Source of the DNA: Thermoplasmatota archaeon
GTDB lineage: Archaea; Thermoplasmatota; Thermoplasmata; Halarchaeoplasmatales; Halarchaeoplasmataceae
NCBI GenBank assembly: GCA_018334755.1
Contig: JAGXLI010000001.1
Coordinates: forward strand, 21,023 to 85,022
Length of the DNA stretch: 64,000 nucleotides
Direction of reading: 5' to 3'
Shown here piece by piece: positions 48,777-58,300 of this stretch (the stretch's first letter is position 1; every line of letters starts with the position of its first letter). The notes beneath the pieces were generated by a model. That model was not told the DNA's origin. It saw only the letters and a program-made list of their open reading frames with translations, and made no database searches. The translations under genes and the position numbers were made by a program.

Positions 48777-48807
48777 TTAGAAATAGAATAAACACCTTAC
48801 CCTTTTT

Positions 48808-49053
48808 ATGAGCGAGGAATCGATAAACGAGTACTTGGAGAATAGTAGCCTTGGTTCGAACTGCGAGAATTGTGAGAGCCAGATGAAATTGTTGGACTTC
48901 CGATGGGGCGATACCGAGAGCCATAGAGGCCTAGTGACCATCTTAAATACTATACTGGAAGAGGATGAGATGCTGGACGAACCCTTTCAATATGATAAAT
49001 TGAGTCTAGAGTACTGTGATAACTGTGGTGCTATAAACCTCTCGATATCGTAG
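48808..49053 (+). CDS. small Cys-rich hypothetical protein (zinc-ribbon-like NCENCES...CDNCGA)
   Basis: 81 aa with two CxxC pairs. No homolog recognised. Confidence 0.35.
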   Translation: MSEESINEYLENSSLGSNCENCESQMKLLDFRWGDTESHRGLVTILNTILEEDEMLDEPFQYDKLSLEYCDNCGAINLSIS

Positions 49054-49144
49054 TGAAGAGCTAAAGGTCTACTGAGAGAAAAAAATAAGAGCGGGATCGT
49101 TTCCTCCACAGGTCCCTCCCTATATGGGACTGGAGGTCCCGGCT

Positions 49145-49249
49145 CTATTCGCTAGATAGATACTCGAAACTGCATGTCCTGCATTTAATGGATTTTTCTT
49201 CTCGTTCGATCTTTGTGGATTCACATATTGGACACTTTTTCTCGCTCAT
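49145..49249 (-). CDS. 34-aa zinc-ribbon mini-protein (MSEKKCPICESTKIEREEKSIKCRTCSFEYLSSE)
   Basis: Found by hand because it is below the ORF-track size cutoff. It has CPIC...CRTC spacing like rubredoxin or zinc-ribbon proteins, and an AT-rich TATA-like box about 30 nt upstream on the minus strand. Confidence 0.3.
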   Translation of the reverse strand: MSEKKCPICESTKIEREEKSIKCRTCSFEYLSSE

Positions 49250-49517
49250 TCTCTTTCACCCATATCCCCCTAAAATATACTTGTATATATATTTTAAATG
49301 TATGGACGTGCAAGTCTTTTGTTTAGTGCCTCAACGACAAAAAGAATCGGAGTAAAGGCCTATTCTTACTCGGTTCTAGACAGATCAGACCAAATACGAT
49401 GAGGATAAGAAGGATGCTTCCGTCTAGGCCTATCTGAAAATGGATATCGCTTCTATCTAAGATCATTTTCTAACCCTCCAAAATCTCTTTTAAGCTCCTT
49501 GTCGTTCGCCGATAGAG

Positions 49518-50672
49518 ATGCAGTTACCGGATTACGAAGGGAAGAGCATAGTCAATCTGATGAGCTCTATATCAGGGTCGTTCGGGGTTCCCTCGAATTA
49601 TCCGGCTCTTGAAGAGCTGAGATCGGCGGACCTTGAAAATCATAAGAACGTAGTACTTCTAGTGATAGACGGTTTGGGATTTAGATATCTGGATTCTAAG
49701 GAAAGTAACTCTTTCCTGAAACGGAACCTTAAGACAAAGATCACCTCGGTCTTTCCATCATCTACGGCCTCGGCGATACCGACGTTCCTTACGGGAAACG
49801 CCCCTCAGAAACACGCGATAACTGGATGGTACATGCATCTCAAGGAGATAGGAACGGTCTCGACCGCACTGCACTTCGCGCCGCGTTATGGAGATAGGGC
49901 CTTCTCCGAGGACGGGATAGATTTACAGGAGTTGTTGGAGCTAGACCCCATCTATGAAAAATTTGAAAATTCATTCATCGTGACTGATGAAGATATAAAA
50001 GAGAGTGTTTTGAGTAAAACTACGAGCGCGGAAGCTGTAACATATGGATATGAAGATATGGACAGTTTTACTGGATCCTTAGAGAGGGCGGTCAGAGCCT
50101 CGGAAGAAAGAAAGTACATCTATGCTTACTGGCCGGGTTTCGATTCACTAGCCCATGAACATGGAGTCAGCAGTACAGAAGTAGAGCGGCATTTTCAAGA
50201 ACTGGATAAGAAGTTGAAACAGTTCGTTGAAGATATAAAAGATACGGATACCATGCTGATGATCACTTCTGACCACGGCTTCATCGATACGACAGAGGAG
50301 AAGTCAATTAGACTCAAGGATCACCCGGAGATGGAGGAATGTCTCACGCTGCCTATGTGCGGCGATTACAGATCCGCTTACTGCTACTTGCGCCCCTCTA
50401 AGGATGACAGATTTCGTAACTACTGGGAAGACGAATTGCAGGACTTCTGCCGCCTTCACGAGGCTCAGGAACTTATAGAAAAAAATTACTTCGGCATCCA
50501 TGAGCCGGATCCCAAGCTCTTCGATAGGATCGGGGACTACGTCTTGATCATGAAGGAAAATTACACGATGCAGCACGGATATCCTAACAAGGACGATCCG
50601 TTCATGATAGGTCAACATGGAGGAGTGACCGAAAAGGAGATGTGGACCCCACTCTCAGTTATCGAATTGTAG
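49518..50672 (+). CDS. alkaline-phosphatase-superfamily enzyme (nucleotide pyrophosphatase/phosphodiesterase-like)
   Basis: LLVIDGLG metal site, VFPSSTASAIPTFLTG (nucleophile Thr/Ser motif as in NPP FPTkTfPNH.sivTG) and ITSDHGF. Confidence 0.65.
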   Translation: MQLPDYEGKSIVNLMSSISGSFGVPSNYPALEELRSADLENHKNVVLLVIDGLGFRYLDSKESNSFLKRNLKTKITSVFPSSTASAIPTFLTGNAPQKHAITGWYMHLKEIGTVSTALHFAPRYGDRAFSEDGIDLQELLELDPIYEKFENSFIVTDEDIKESVLSKTTSAEAVTYGYEDMDSFTGSLERAVRASEERKYIYAYWPGFDSLAHEHGVSSTEVERHFQELDKKLKQFVEDIKDTDTMLMITSDHGFIDTTEEKSIRLKDHPEMEECLTLPMCGDYRSAYCYLRPSKDDRFRNYWEDELQDFCRLHEAQELIEKNYFGIHEPDPKLFDRIGDYVLIMKENYTMQHGYPNKDDPFMIGQHGGVTEKEMWTPLSVIEL

Positions 50673-53246
50673 TGTATAGCTGATCGTCCAGTCCACGGAA
50701 ACGTCCCCGGAATTATAAACCCAGTAGCCACGCCCTTCTTTCATATAGTGGTCATTTAGATCGTGGATATACTGTATATTGCTTTCCATCGATGAGTTGA
50801 ACACACCTATCTTCGTCACCTCGGAAGGTAGCGTGTCCCTAGCCCTCCTCTTGACGGATGAAGGATAGCCGACCATGTTCCATCCCGCCTCCAGTTGAAT
50901 GGTGGTCGACCTCGGTGCCGTTCCCTCGATAGATAGAGTATCCAGTTGTGTCATATGTATCCATAGACCCATCGTCCTATCCCAGGTGGAAAGGTCGTCG
51001 AATCTTGAATTTCTATTTGGGATGTAGCTCTTCCAGTTTTCACTTTTCCTCTCATAATACATCACTTTGTCATAGTGGCCAGCCACGCCGTACTCTGGAT
51101 CGTCCAATATCTCTACGAGGTCGTTCGATCTTTGGTAATTGTTGCCGTCCGCTATGACGCTCGAAGAAACGAAGTTCCACCCGGGCCGGAGTTCGATATC
51201 TCTCGTTACATACTTTCTTTCCGTAGTAAATGACCAGGTACTTGAGGTAGTAGTGTCCGTCCCGTCGGAGACCTCGACGTACCAATGATAGGTCGTACCA
51301 TAGGCTACATCCCAACTGACAGAGACGGTCTCGCCATCCGAAACGCCCGTCCGTTGGGCGATCCGATCTCCGTTAGATGCGTTGTAGAAGGATACGGTCA
51401 TCTGGTCCTGGTCCGTATCGAAAAGATCGACTTCGAGCGTTAGAGACGGCTTGACTTCGGAGGCTCCGTCTGAGGGATATGGATTCGAGGGTTTTTCAGG
51501 AGCTGCGTTGATATTGAACGACCACGTTATCGACTTATTTGTATCGAAACCATCATTTGCTACAGCGTACCACGAATAACTCTTTCCAAGAGTGAGACCG
51601 TTCCAGACGACGGAAGCTTTGTTTCCGCTCGCGACCCCCGTGTCGTTCGCTATCAGGTCTCCCGTATCGGCATTATAAAAAGAAACGTCCATGGCGTCGT
51701 TCTCAACGTCCGAAACATCGACCGAGAGAGTGACCGAACTCGTTTCACCGAGTTCTTCTCCCCCGCTCGGAGAACCGCCAGAAGGCGAATCGGGAACGAT
51801 GTTTTCTCTAGCGGTATAGTAGATATCGAAATCAGTTCCCTCCAGTAGTTGGATGGGTTTGTTTTCATATCCCCAGTACAGAGCCTGGGTATCGTTACCC
51901 TCCAGCCACGTATGGTGAGTGGTCCCGTCGTATCGAACTTTGATGAACGAGATATCGAATTCCAAATCTAAAAGTCCGTATTTCCTCTCCGCAAATTCGT
52001 AAAGCCCGCTTCCGTTGGTGGTTCCGCTGCTGTCCACGGTATCTTTGATAGAAGATTCGTGTATAAAATTACCATCCAGGTCCCTATAGGCCGTGTTGTT
52101 ATATACATATATTTCCGCTCCCGAGATAGGGTTTCCGGACTTATCCGTCACCTTGATGTAATTCTTGTCCGGTACGAAGTACCGGTTGATATGTTCTGGA
52201 TAGGTGTCGTATATCCTTGAATCAGCTCCCATCTTCGAGATCACGTTCTTCGAGTATTTGGAGAAGGTATCCACGCCGTACGGATAGTCCATTATACGAA
52301 CGTTGTTCGTACTCGGTTGATGACCGACGGAAGCTACCCCGTTATTGCTCGGTTCCACTTCCCAGAGATAGAAATCCGGTATACCTCTATAGTGCCCGGT
52401 CTCGTGAACGAAGGCGTCGTAAGCTCCACTGTCGGTCAAAGGGTTCCAGTTATGACCGATTGCATAATACCTGTCGCCCATATATCCCCCGAAAGAGCCG
52501 TTCTGATTGAAGAGGACTAGTAGATCATCACTGTGAGGGGTCTCTTCGAAGAGCTCGCTCCAAGAGTCTTGAGAGTAAGTATATATCTCGGAAACGTTGT
52601 ACCAGATCTTCAGGTCGTTTTTATCGTATATCTTGTTGGTATAGTTGAAAGTGTCCCAGACCAGGTCTTCATAATGGGTGTAGTTCTCGTACGTTTCGTC
52701 TGAAACCCCTACTCTGACGTCATCGAAAATTTTCACTGAAGTATCGACGGTCAAAGTTCGAACGGAACTCCAGCTGCTGGCAGATCCTCCATCCCGTGCA
52801 TAGACCCTCCAGTGGTATGTCTTCCCGTTTGAAAGAGTTACATCGTTATCGCTGCCGATCACGAACGAAGTGTCGTTCATCCCAGCGTCTTTCGTGAAAA
52901 CAGGCGATGAAAAGTCACTGTTATCATCGAGCTGAAAGACATAATAGAGATCGTCTCCGTCTGGATCTTCGACCTGTTCGCAGACCAATGTCGGTTGAGA
53001 AGGGGCAAAAGATGCGGAATTGTGAGGATAAATTAGGGAAGGAGTCGGGGGCGGTGTATTCTGTGTCTTTTCGTCTATCTCCTCACTCGTTCCGGCCTTA
53101 CCATTTGAAAAAGTGGTTGTCTTCCCAGAGCCCAAAGAGGGGATCAGTAGCGCAGCGGAGCTACTCGCAAATATCAGGATTATAACGATAAAAGTGAGAA
53201 ACTTGTTTTCTCTTTGTCTCATAGTTAATATTGGACCTGCAGACAT
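50655..53246 (-). CDS. secreted HExxH zinc-metallopeptidase-like protein with FN3/Ig-like domains
   Basis: A signal peptide after MRQREN. HETGHYRGIPDFYLWE is HExxH plus a downstream Glu. Repeated roughly 80-aa Ig-like modules (...SVSW....YHWYVEVSDGTDTT.S.TWSF) are also present in the giant S8 protein. There is no TM anchor. Confidence 0.5.
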   Translation of the reverse strand: MSAGPILTMRQRENKFLTFIVIILIFASSSAALLIPSLGSGKTTTFSNGKAGTSEEIDEKTQNTPPPTPSLIYPHNSASFAPSQPTLVCEQVEDPDGDDLYYVFQLDDNSDFSSPVFTKDAGMNDTSFVIGSDNDVTLSNGKTYHWRVYARDGGSASSWSSVRTLTVDTSVKIFDDVRVGVSDETYENYTHYEDLVWDTFNYTNKIYDKNDLKIWYNVSEIYTYSQDSWSELFEETPHSDDLLVLFNQNGSFGGYMGDRYYAIGHNWNPLTDSGAYDAFVHETGHYRGIPDFYLWEVEPSNNGVASVGHQPSTNNVRIMDYPYGVDTFSKYSKNVISKMGADSRIYDTYPEHINRYFVPDKNYIKVTDKSGNPISGAEIYVYNNTAYRDLDGNFIHESSIKDTVDSSGTTNGSGLYEFAERKYGLLDLEFDISFIKVRYDGTTHHTWLEGNDTQALYWGYENKPIQLLEGTDFDIYYTARENIVPDSPSGGSPSGGEELGETSSVTLSVDVSDVENDAMDVSFYNADTGDLIANDTGVASGNKASVVWNGLTLGKSYSWYAVANDGFDTNKSITWSFNINAAPEKPSNPYPSDGASEVKPSLTLEVDLFDTDQDQMTVSFYNASNGDRIAQRTGVSDGETVSVSWDVAYGTTYHWYVEVSDGTDTTTSSTWSFTTERKYVTRDIELRPGWNFVSSSVIADGNNYQRSNDLVEILDDPEYGVAGHYDKVMYYERKSENWKSYIPNRNSRFDDLSTWDRTMGLWIHMTQLDTLSIEGTAPRSTTIQLEAGWNMVGYPSSVKRRARDTLPSEVTKIGVFNSSMESNIQYIHDLNDHYMKEGRGYWVYNSGDVSVDWTISYTLQFDN

Positions 53247-53276
53247 TTAAAATTTATCAAGCTTTAGTAAATCAAT

Positions 53277-53708
53277 TTAAAATAGAGAGTCTGCGGTGGC
53301 CGCTCCTATTACGCTGAAGAGGGAGACTATACTGACCACCTTTACGGCGGTGAAGAGCGTAGCGCCGAATGTCACGGTCGCTCCAAATATGAGAATAAGT
53401 AAAGTAACGGAGGCGTAGGAGACGAAGATTAAGGATAGGAAACGGAGAGGAATCCCCATCCACTCCGCTTCATCCTTCTGTTCTCTATCTACGTCGGCTT
53501 CGTACAGAGCCCCGTAACCGATACTGAAAACGATCAGAGTCGCTAACAGGGACTGGTACCAGTGCAGATTGTTGGCCAACGCCCATACCTCTTCGGTCAC
53601 AACGAAAGGCCCTGAGAGAAGGAATCCTCCTACGAGCTGCTGCGCTAAGTCTGCAAGGGAAAATACCCTTATCCTAGGTTTTTCTTTCTTGAACAATGGT
53701 ATCCTCAC
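53277..53708 (-). CDS. small integral membrane protein (3-4 TM segments), function unknown
   Basis: Hydrophobic profile. A conserved-looking TEEVWALAN motif. Confidence 0.45.
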   Translation of the reverse strand: MRIPLFKKEKPRIRVFSLADLAQQLVGGFLLSGPFVVTEEVWALANNLHWYQSLLATLIVFSIGYGALYEADVDREQKDEAEWMGIPLRFLSLIFVSYASVTLLILIFGATVTFGATLFTAVKVVSIVSLFSVIGAATADSLF

Positions 53709-53760
53709 CGATTTTATCGATCTTTTGTATTTTCAGCTTTGTTAACATTATAGTAAAACT

Positions 53761-54759
53761 TTAAAAAGATTTTCTAACGGACTTAGCCACTTCTTCCGGC
53801 TTCTTGTTAGAGTACGGTTCGTCCATGAGTTTAGGCATCGCGAAGACGTCCGACCAGTAGAACCTGTCAAGGTTGCTCCTGGTGACCATGTCTATGACCG
53901 TGGCAAATCTGTCCTTGTCACTTCCCAGAGGTGGGATGAAAACGGAGAGGTTGAACGAATTGTAATCCATATCATGGTACGCTTTTAGCACTTTCACTAT
54001 ACAGGAAGAGAGGTCCTTGATATCTTCACCGTTCAGGTCCATGAAGTCTTTCAGGTTGATCCCCTTGACGTGCTCGAAACCCCTCGGGGCGTGGGCGGAA
54101 AGCCAGTCCCAACTTCCCGTTTTACCGATATATCGTTCACCATCTCTCTCTTCACGGATCAGGTCTTCCCAGTAACTTTTGCCTTCCGCGTCGTAATACT
54201 CTGAACCTTCCTCGAGCATCCTCCGCTGGTAATCCATCTTTTTTTTGGAGACTAGAAGCTGAAGGTGGGGGTGTACTATACTGCTGCCGGCTGGCTTAAG
54301 GTAGTTCATAAGGATGGTCGGCACATCCTTTCGGTCGTGGTTTTCCATCCTACTCAGGTATCTCTTCGCTAGTTCGAAGGCGTCGGCAAAGTGTTTAGAA
54401 TCAAACTCGTCCAGTTCGAGAAAATGATCTTCGGTCAACCTTATGACAAGAGAGTGCTTGGAATAAGGCGTCACGTTTGAAAGTAGTACGGCCTCATCCT
54501 TCTCCAATCTTTCTCGTGAAAGCACTTCTATGTCTCTAGCGCCCACTTCGTCTATATTCTCAGGGCAGAAGGGGCAGAAATCATACTCCTCCACGTCACT
54601 CATATCCGGATCCGAAGGGATCGGCAGGGGCTTATCCAGTATCCTGGACGTCTTCCCTGTTAGTGGATCCGATCGAATTTCAACTTTTACTTCCTGCTCC
54701 TCGTCCTGGGTCGGATCGTAGAAGCGGTTGATCTCGATGTCTTTGTTGAATCTTAACAT
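53761..54759 (-). CDS. galactose-1-phosphate uridylyltransferase-like HIT-superfamily nucleotidyltransferase
   Basis: CPFCPEN zinc knuckle near the N-terminus and SIVHPHLQLL, the HxHxQ active-site motif of the GalT branch. Confidence 0.7.
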   Translation of the reverse strand: MLRFNKDIEINRFYDPTQDEEQEVKVEIRSDPLTGKTSRILDKPLPIPSDPDMSDVEEYDFCPFCPENIDEVGARDIEVLSRERLEKDEAVLLSNVTPYSKHSLVIRLTEDHFLELDEFDSKHFADAFELAKRYLSRMENHDRKDVPTILMNYLKPAGSSIVHPHLQLLVSKKKMDYQRRMLEEGSEYYDAEGKSYWEDLIREERDGERYIGKTGSWDWLSAHAPRGFEHVKGINLKDFMDLNGEDIKDLSSCIVKVLKAYHDMDYNSFNLSVFIPPLGSDKDRFATVIDMVTRSNLDRFYWSDVFAMPKLMDEPYSNKKPEEVAKSVRKSF

Positions 54760-54863
54760 GGTGTTTGGAGCGAGAAATCGATTAATAAATCTTTCTTTTC
54801 ATCCTTGACTTGTAACGAACCTGCTGATAAAATATTTTTATGGGAAACCCATTTGAATGAACG

Positions 54864-55367
54864 ATGAAGCGAAGACAGGTCGTTCGAACGATATTTGTTT
54901 TCTCTCTTGTTCTGATGCTCTTACTTTCTTCTTCTTCGATTCTTGATGCGCAGGAGGGAGAAGAGGAGGAAGAAGAGGAAGTTACAGAAGAATATATCGA
55001 GTTGACGGGTACGCTCAATTACGTCTTGTTCGGTCTAGCCGCAGTTATGATCTTTTGGAAGTACCTGAAAAAGATCTTCTCCGAGCTTAAAAAATTCCAT
55101 AATATCGGAAAATACATCCACTGTATCGTAGGTTTCGGTGCCGCGGGGACGATAACTTTTCACGCCTATCTGACATTACCGAAATGGAATTTCGCTCTTA
55201 TCATAGGCTTGGTTTTGATCTGGGCTTATGTTCTGACCGGAGCTATCTTCTGGTTGAAAAAGATCCCGGCACGACTCAAAAAATGGTCATATAACATCCA
55301 TGCACATGTTGTATTCTTGATGATCACGGCATCATTTCTCTATCTCGGCCATCTTTTGGCTGATTGA
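54864..55367 (+). CDS. small membrane protein with a signal peptide, a poly-Glu segment and four TM helices carrying conserved His residues
   Basis: MKRRQVVRTIFVFSLVLMLLL, EEEEEEEV, then helices containing HCIVG, HAYL and HAHVV. It may bind heme or metal. No family recognised. Confidence 0.4.
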   Translation: MKRRQVVRTIFVFSLVLMLLLSSSSILDAQEGEEEEEEEVTEEYIELTGTLNYVLFGLAAVMIFWKYLKKIFSELKKFHNIGKYIHCIVGFGAAGTITFHAYLTLPKWNFALIIGLVLIWAYVLTGAIFWLKKIPARLKKWSYNIHAHVVFLMITASFLYLGHLLAD

Positions 55368-55372
55368 CTGGA

Positions 55373-58300
55373 TCATCTATCTCTTGACCCTTCTCCTGGG
55401 TTCTCTTCATGATCGGAAGTTTCTTTCTCTTCTCCACTTCCATAAAAGAATGGAGGTACTTCTTCTACAGATTGGCCAGAGTTCTCTTCGAGATCCTCAT
55501 CCAAGTCCTCTTCCACGTCATCCTCTAGGCTTTTACTCTCCTCGTCTTCAAAGTAAGAAGTTTCATCATCAGGTCGATCCTCATCGTTCTCTTCAAAACC
55601 GATATCCTCGGACTCTTCTTCTCTTTCCTTTCTTCTCATAGCCAGCATCGCTATCAAAATTATAAGCAGGATAACTATCAGGGGGATAAACCACCAGTAA
55701 TCTGAGAGCGTCCTGTCCTCGTCCGATCGACTCTCTGAATCTTCTCCATTACCATCATCTTCGGCACTTTCGATCTTGAAGTCGATCCTTTCCGTTCCAC
55801 TATTCCCGACCTCGTCTACGGCTTTTACCCTGACAGTGTGGTTACCTTCCGAAAGATTTGTGAAGTCATGTCGGGTAGCTGTTCCAGTATCTATCCATCC
55901 TTCTCCATCTATACAGACTTCGTATCTCTCTATACCGCTCCCGGGATCTTCGCCCTCCCAATCTACCGAAACGGACTCATTCGAGAGTAGTGATCCTTTG
56001 ACCGGTTTTATGACTTCGATGGAAGGGGCCGAAGTGTCTACGTAAACACTTGTGGAATTATCGACAATGATCTCTTCCAGATTACCCGAGCTGTCTTCAG
56101 CGGCGGTGCAGAACTCATAGAGTCCGTCTTTTTCAGATGCCGTAAAGTTGAATATACCTTCGGTTCCAGCACCGGAGATATTTAAACTCTCAAAGTCTTT
56201 CCACTCCCTTCCATCAACTCTGTAGTGGAGCGTTACCTTGGATAGCTCCCTGTTATCGTCCGCGGTGAAATCTACCATGAAGTTGGTCGAGTTGGTGTAT
56301 TCACCCAAACCTTTTTCAAGACTGGCCGAACTTGAGGGAGCTATAACGTCGATAACATCCGTATTTTTTACTTTAGTCTCTTTCCAATTTTGGTTCTCAT
56401 CTACGGCGGAAAAGTGATACTTCAAGGAAGAGGCATCTTCTGGCACTTCTTCGATCGATTGATAGGTGTGAAGTCCAATCTTTTCTAGTGTGATATTATT
56501 TATCGACTCGTTATCGAACCCGTAATTCAGGAAAACATCGTCTATCTCATCTTCATCGTCAACCACGGCCTCGAACGTGAAGTCCATCCCGGTTTTTGCC
56601 TCGGAGGAAGACCTATCGAATATCCGAGGTGAGGTGAAATCTGTGGTCATCACTTCTGTCCTGTTCCAGTTCTGTGAACTATCCACCACGTTGGCGTAGT
56701 AGCTCAATTTGTTAGCATCGTCCGGTATTTCAAGTACGGTCCCATAGATATCGCTGCCAGTCTTTTCTACGCTTATATTTTTGTACTCGCGGTCATCGAA
56801 CCAATAATTCAGGTATACATCGGAGACTTCTATATTGTCCTTGGCATCGATCTTCACCACGTACTCGTTCTCCCCACCGCCTTCCATCCCAGGGCTCTTA
56901 TCTTCAATGAAGGGCTTGTCATCATCTATCACCTCTCTACGGTACATTTCGGTGGAATTCCAATTCCCGGAAAGATCTTTTGCCCTTATGGTGTAATTCA
57001 ATTCCGTGGCGGAAGACGGTACCGAGATCTCCTTGGAATATCTTCCCGGTCCCGTTCTATTCATAGTTAAATTCTTTTCATCGGTCACGTCGGTCTCGTA
57101 GTTGAGTAAAACTTCGCTGACCTCGATATTATCAGAGGCCGAGGCTTCGAATACATGATCATCGCCTGTAGTCATATCGGTCGAACTCTTATCGAAGATC
57201 TTCGGAGCCTCTATATCATCTACTGGGACCTCGACTTCCTCGGTCCTGTTCATATTACTAGATTCGTCCTCGGTTACGATCCTGTAGGTCAGCTTTTCAG
57301 CATCGGATGGTATTTCTATCTTTTTTCTAAATGTGACTTCTCCCAGCCTGTCCGAGCTCTGAATGTCCATCGGGATGTTCTTAGTAGTTATTCCCCCATC
57401 TTCCTTATGTACAGAATAATTGACATGGGTGTGATCGATCTTCATCTCATCTTTCACCGTAGCGTTAAAAGTGTAATTCATCCCGGTTTCAGCGCTTTTT
57501 TGGCTGTTATCCGTTATTTTCGGCTTTAGGTAGTAATCCAATATGGCCTGTACGAAGGTCGCATGGGTCCATGTCAATGGATTGGCGGTACTCCCTCCTC
57601 GATAGGCCTGCCCCAGTCTTCCGTCACCGTAATCTTTTGTGGTCTCGGGCAGATAGTTCAATGGAGACCTGGCCTGCATCGCGCGCCACATGTATCTGTC
57701 ACTTACGTTCCTCCTGCCGGCTCTGGTGCAATAAAAGGAAAGGTACAGATATCGGTTGGTCCAGTCATGGGTGAAGTTCCATCCCGGACCGGGACTTGGA
57801 TCATGGGCCGTCGAATATTCAAAGGTATCTTTTATCCGCGGATCGTCAGGTGAATGCACGTCCAGCCACCACATGGAAGGTACCCAGTCTAGACCCCCGT
57901 TGGGATACGTATAATAATGCTCGTCGTCCGGGCTGCTCGGCGGATCGGGCATGGGATCGATATCATTATCTGTCTGGTTGTAAACGATCCTCTGGAGATA
58001 TACGCTTTCGTTCTCGTCCCAGAGGTGTTCCTCTATCCCCTGGTAGACTCTAGAAGAGGCGTTCATCAGTTCATCTCTGAATTGCTCGTCTTTGCCCAGT
58101 ATAGAAGCTATCTCTCTCGTCCGGTTCCAGGCCGCCACGGCTAGCGTGTTTGACCAGAAACTCTGGCTCCACTCGAATGGACGTTCATTATAATCGCAGT
58201 GCGGTACCAAAAGGTCGTTATCCCATATCCTTTCGGTCAGATAAGAAGCTGCGGGTTTGATCGTCTCATTATAGTAATTTTTCAACCAAGTTTTGTTTTC

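Noticed and set aside
50655-50672. 18-bp overlap of the 3' ends of convergent genes 49518..50672 and 50655..53246
   Set aside because: Short convergent terminal overlaps are common and are not evidence of mis-annotation. Both ORFs have independent domain support.
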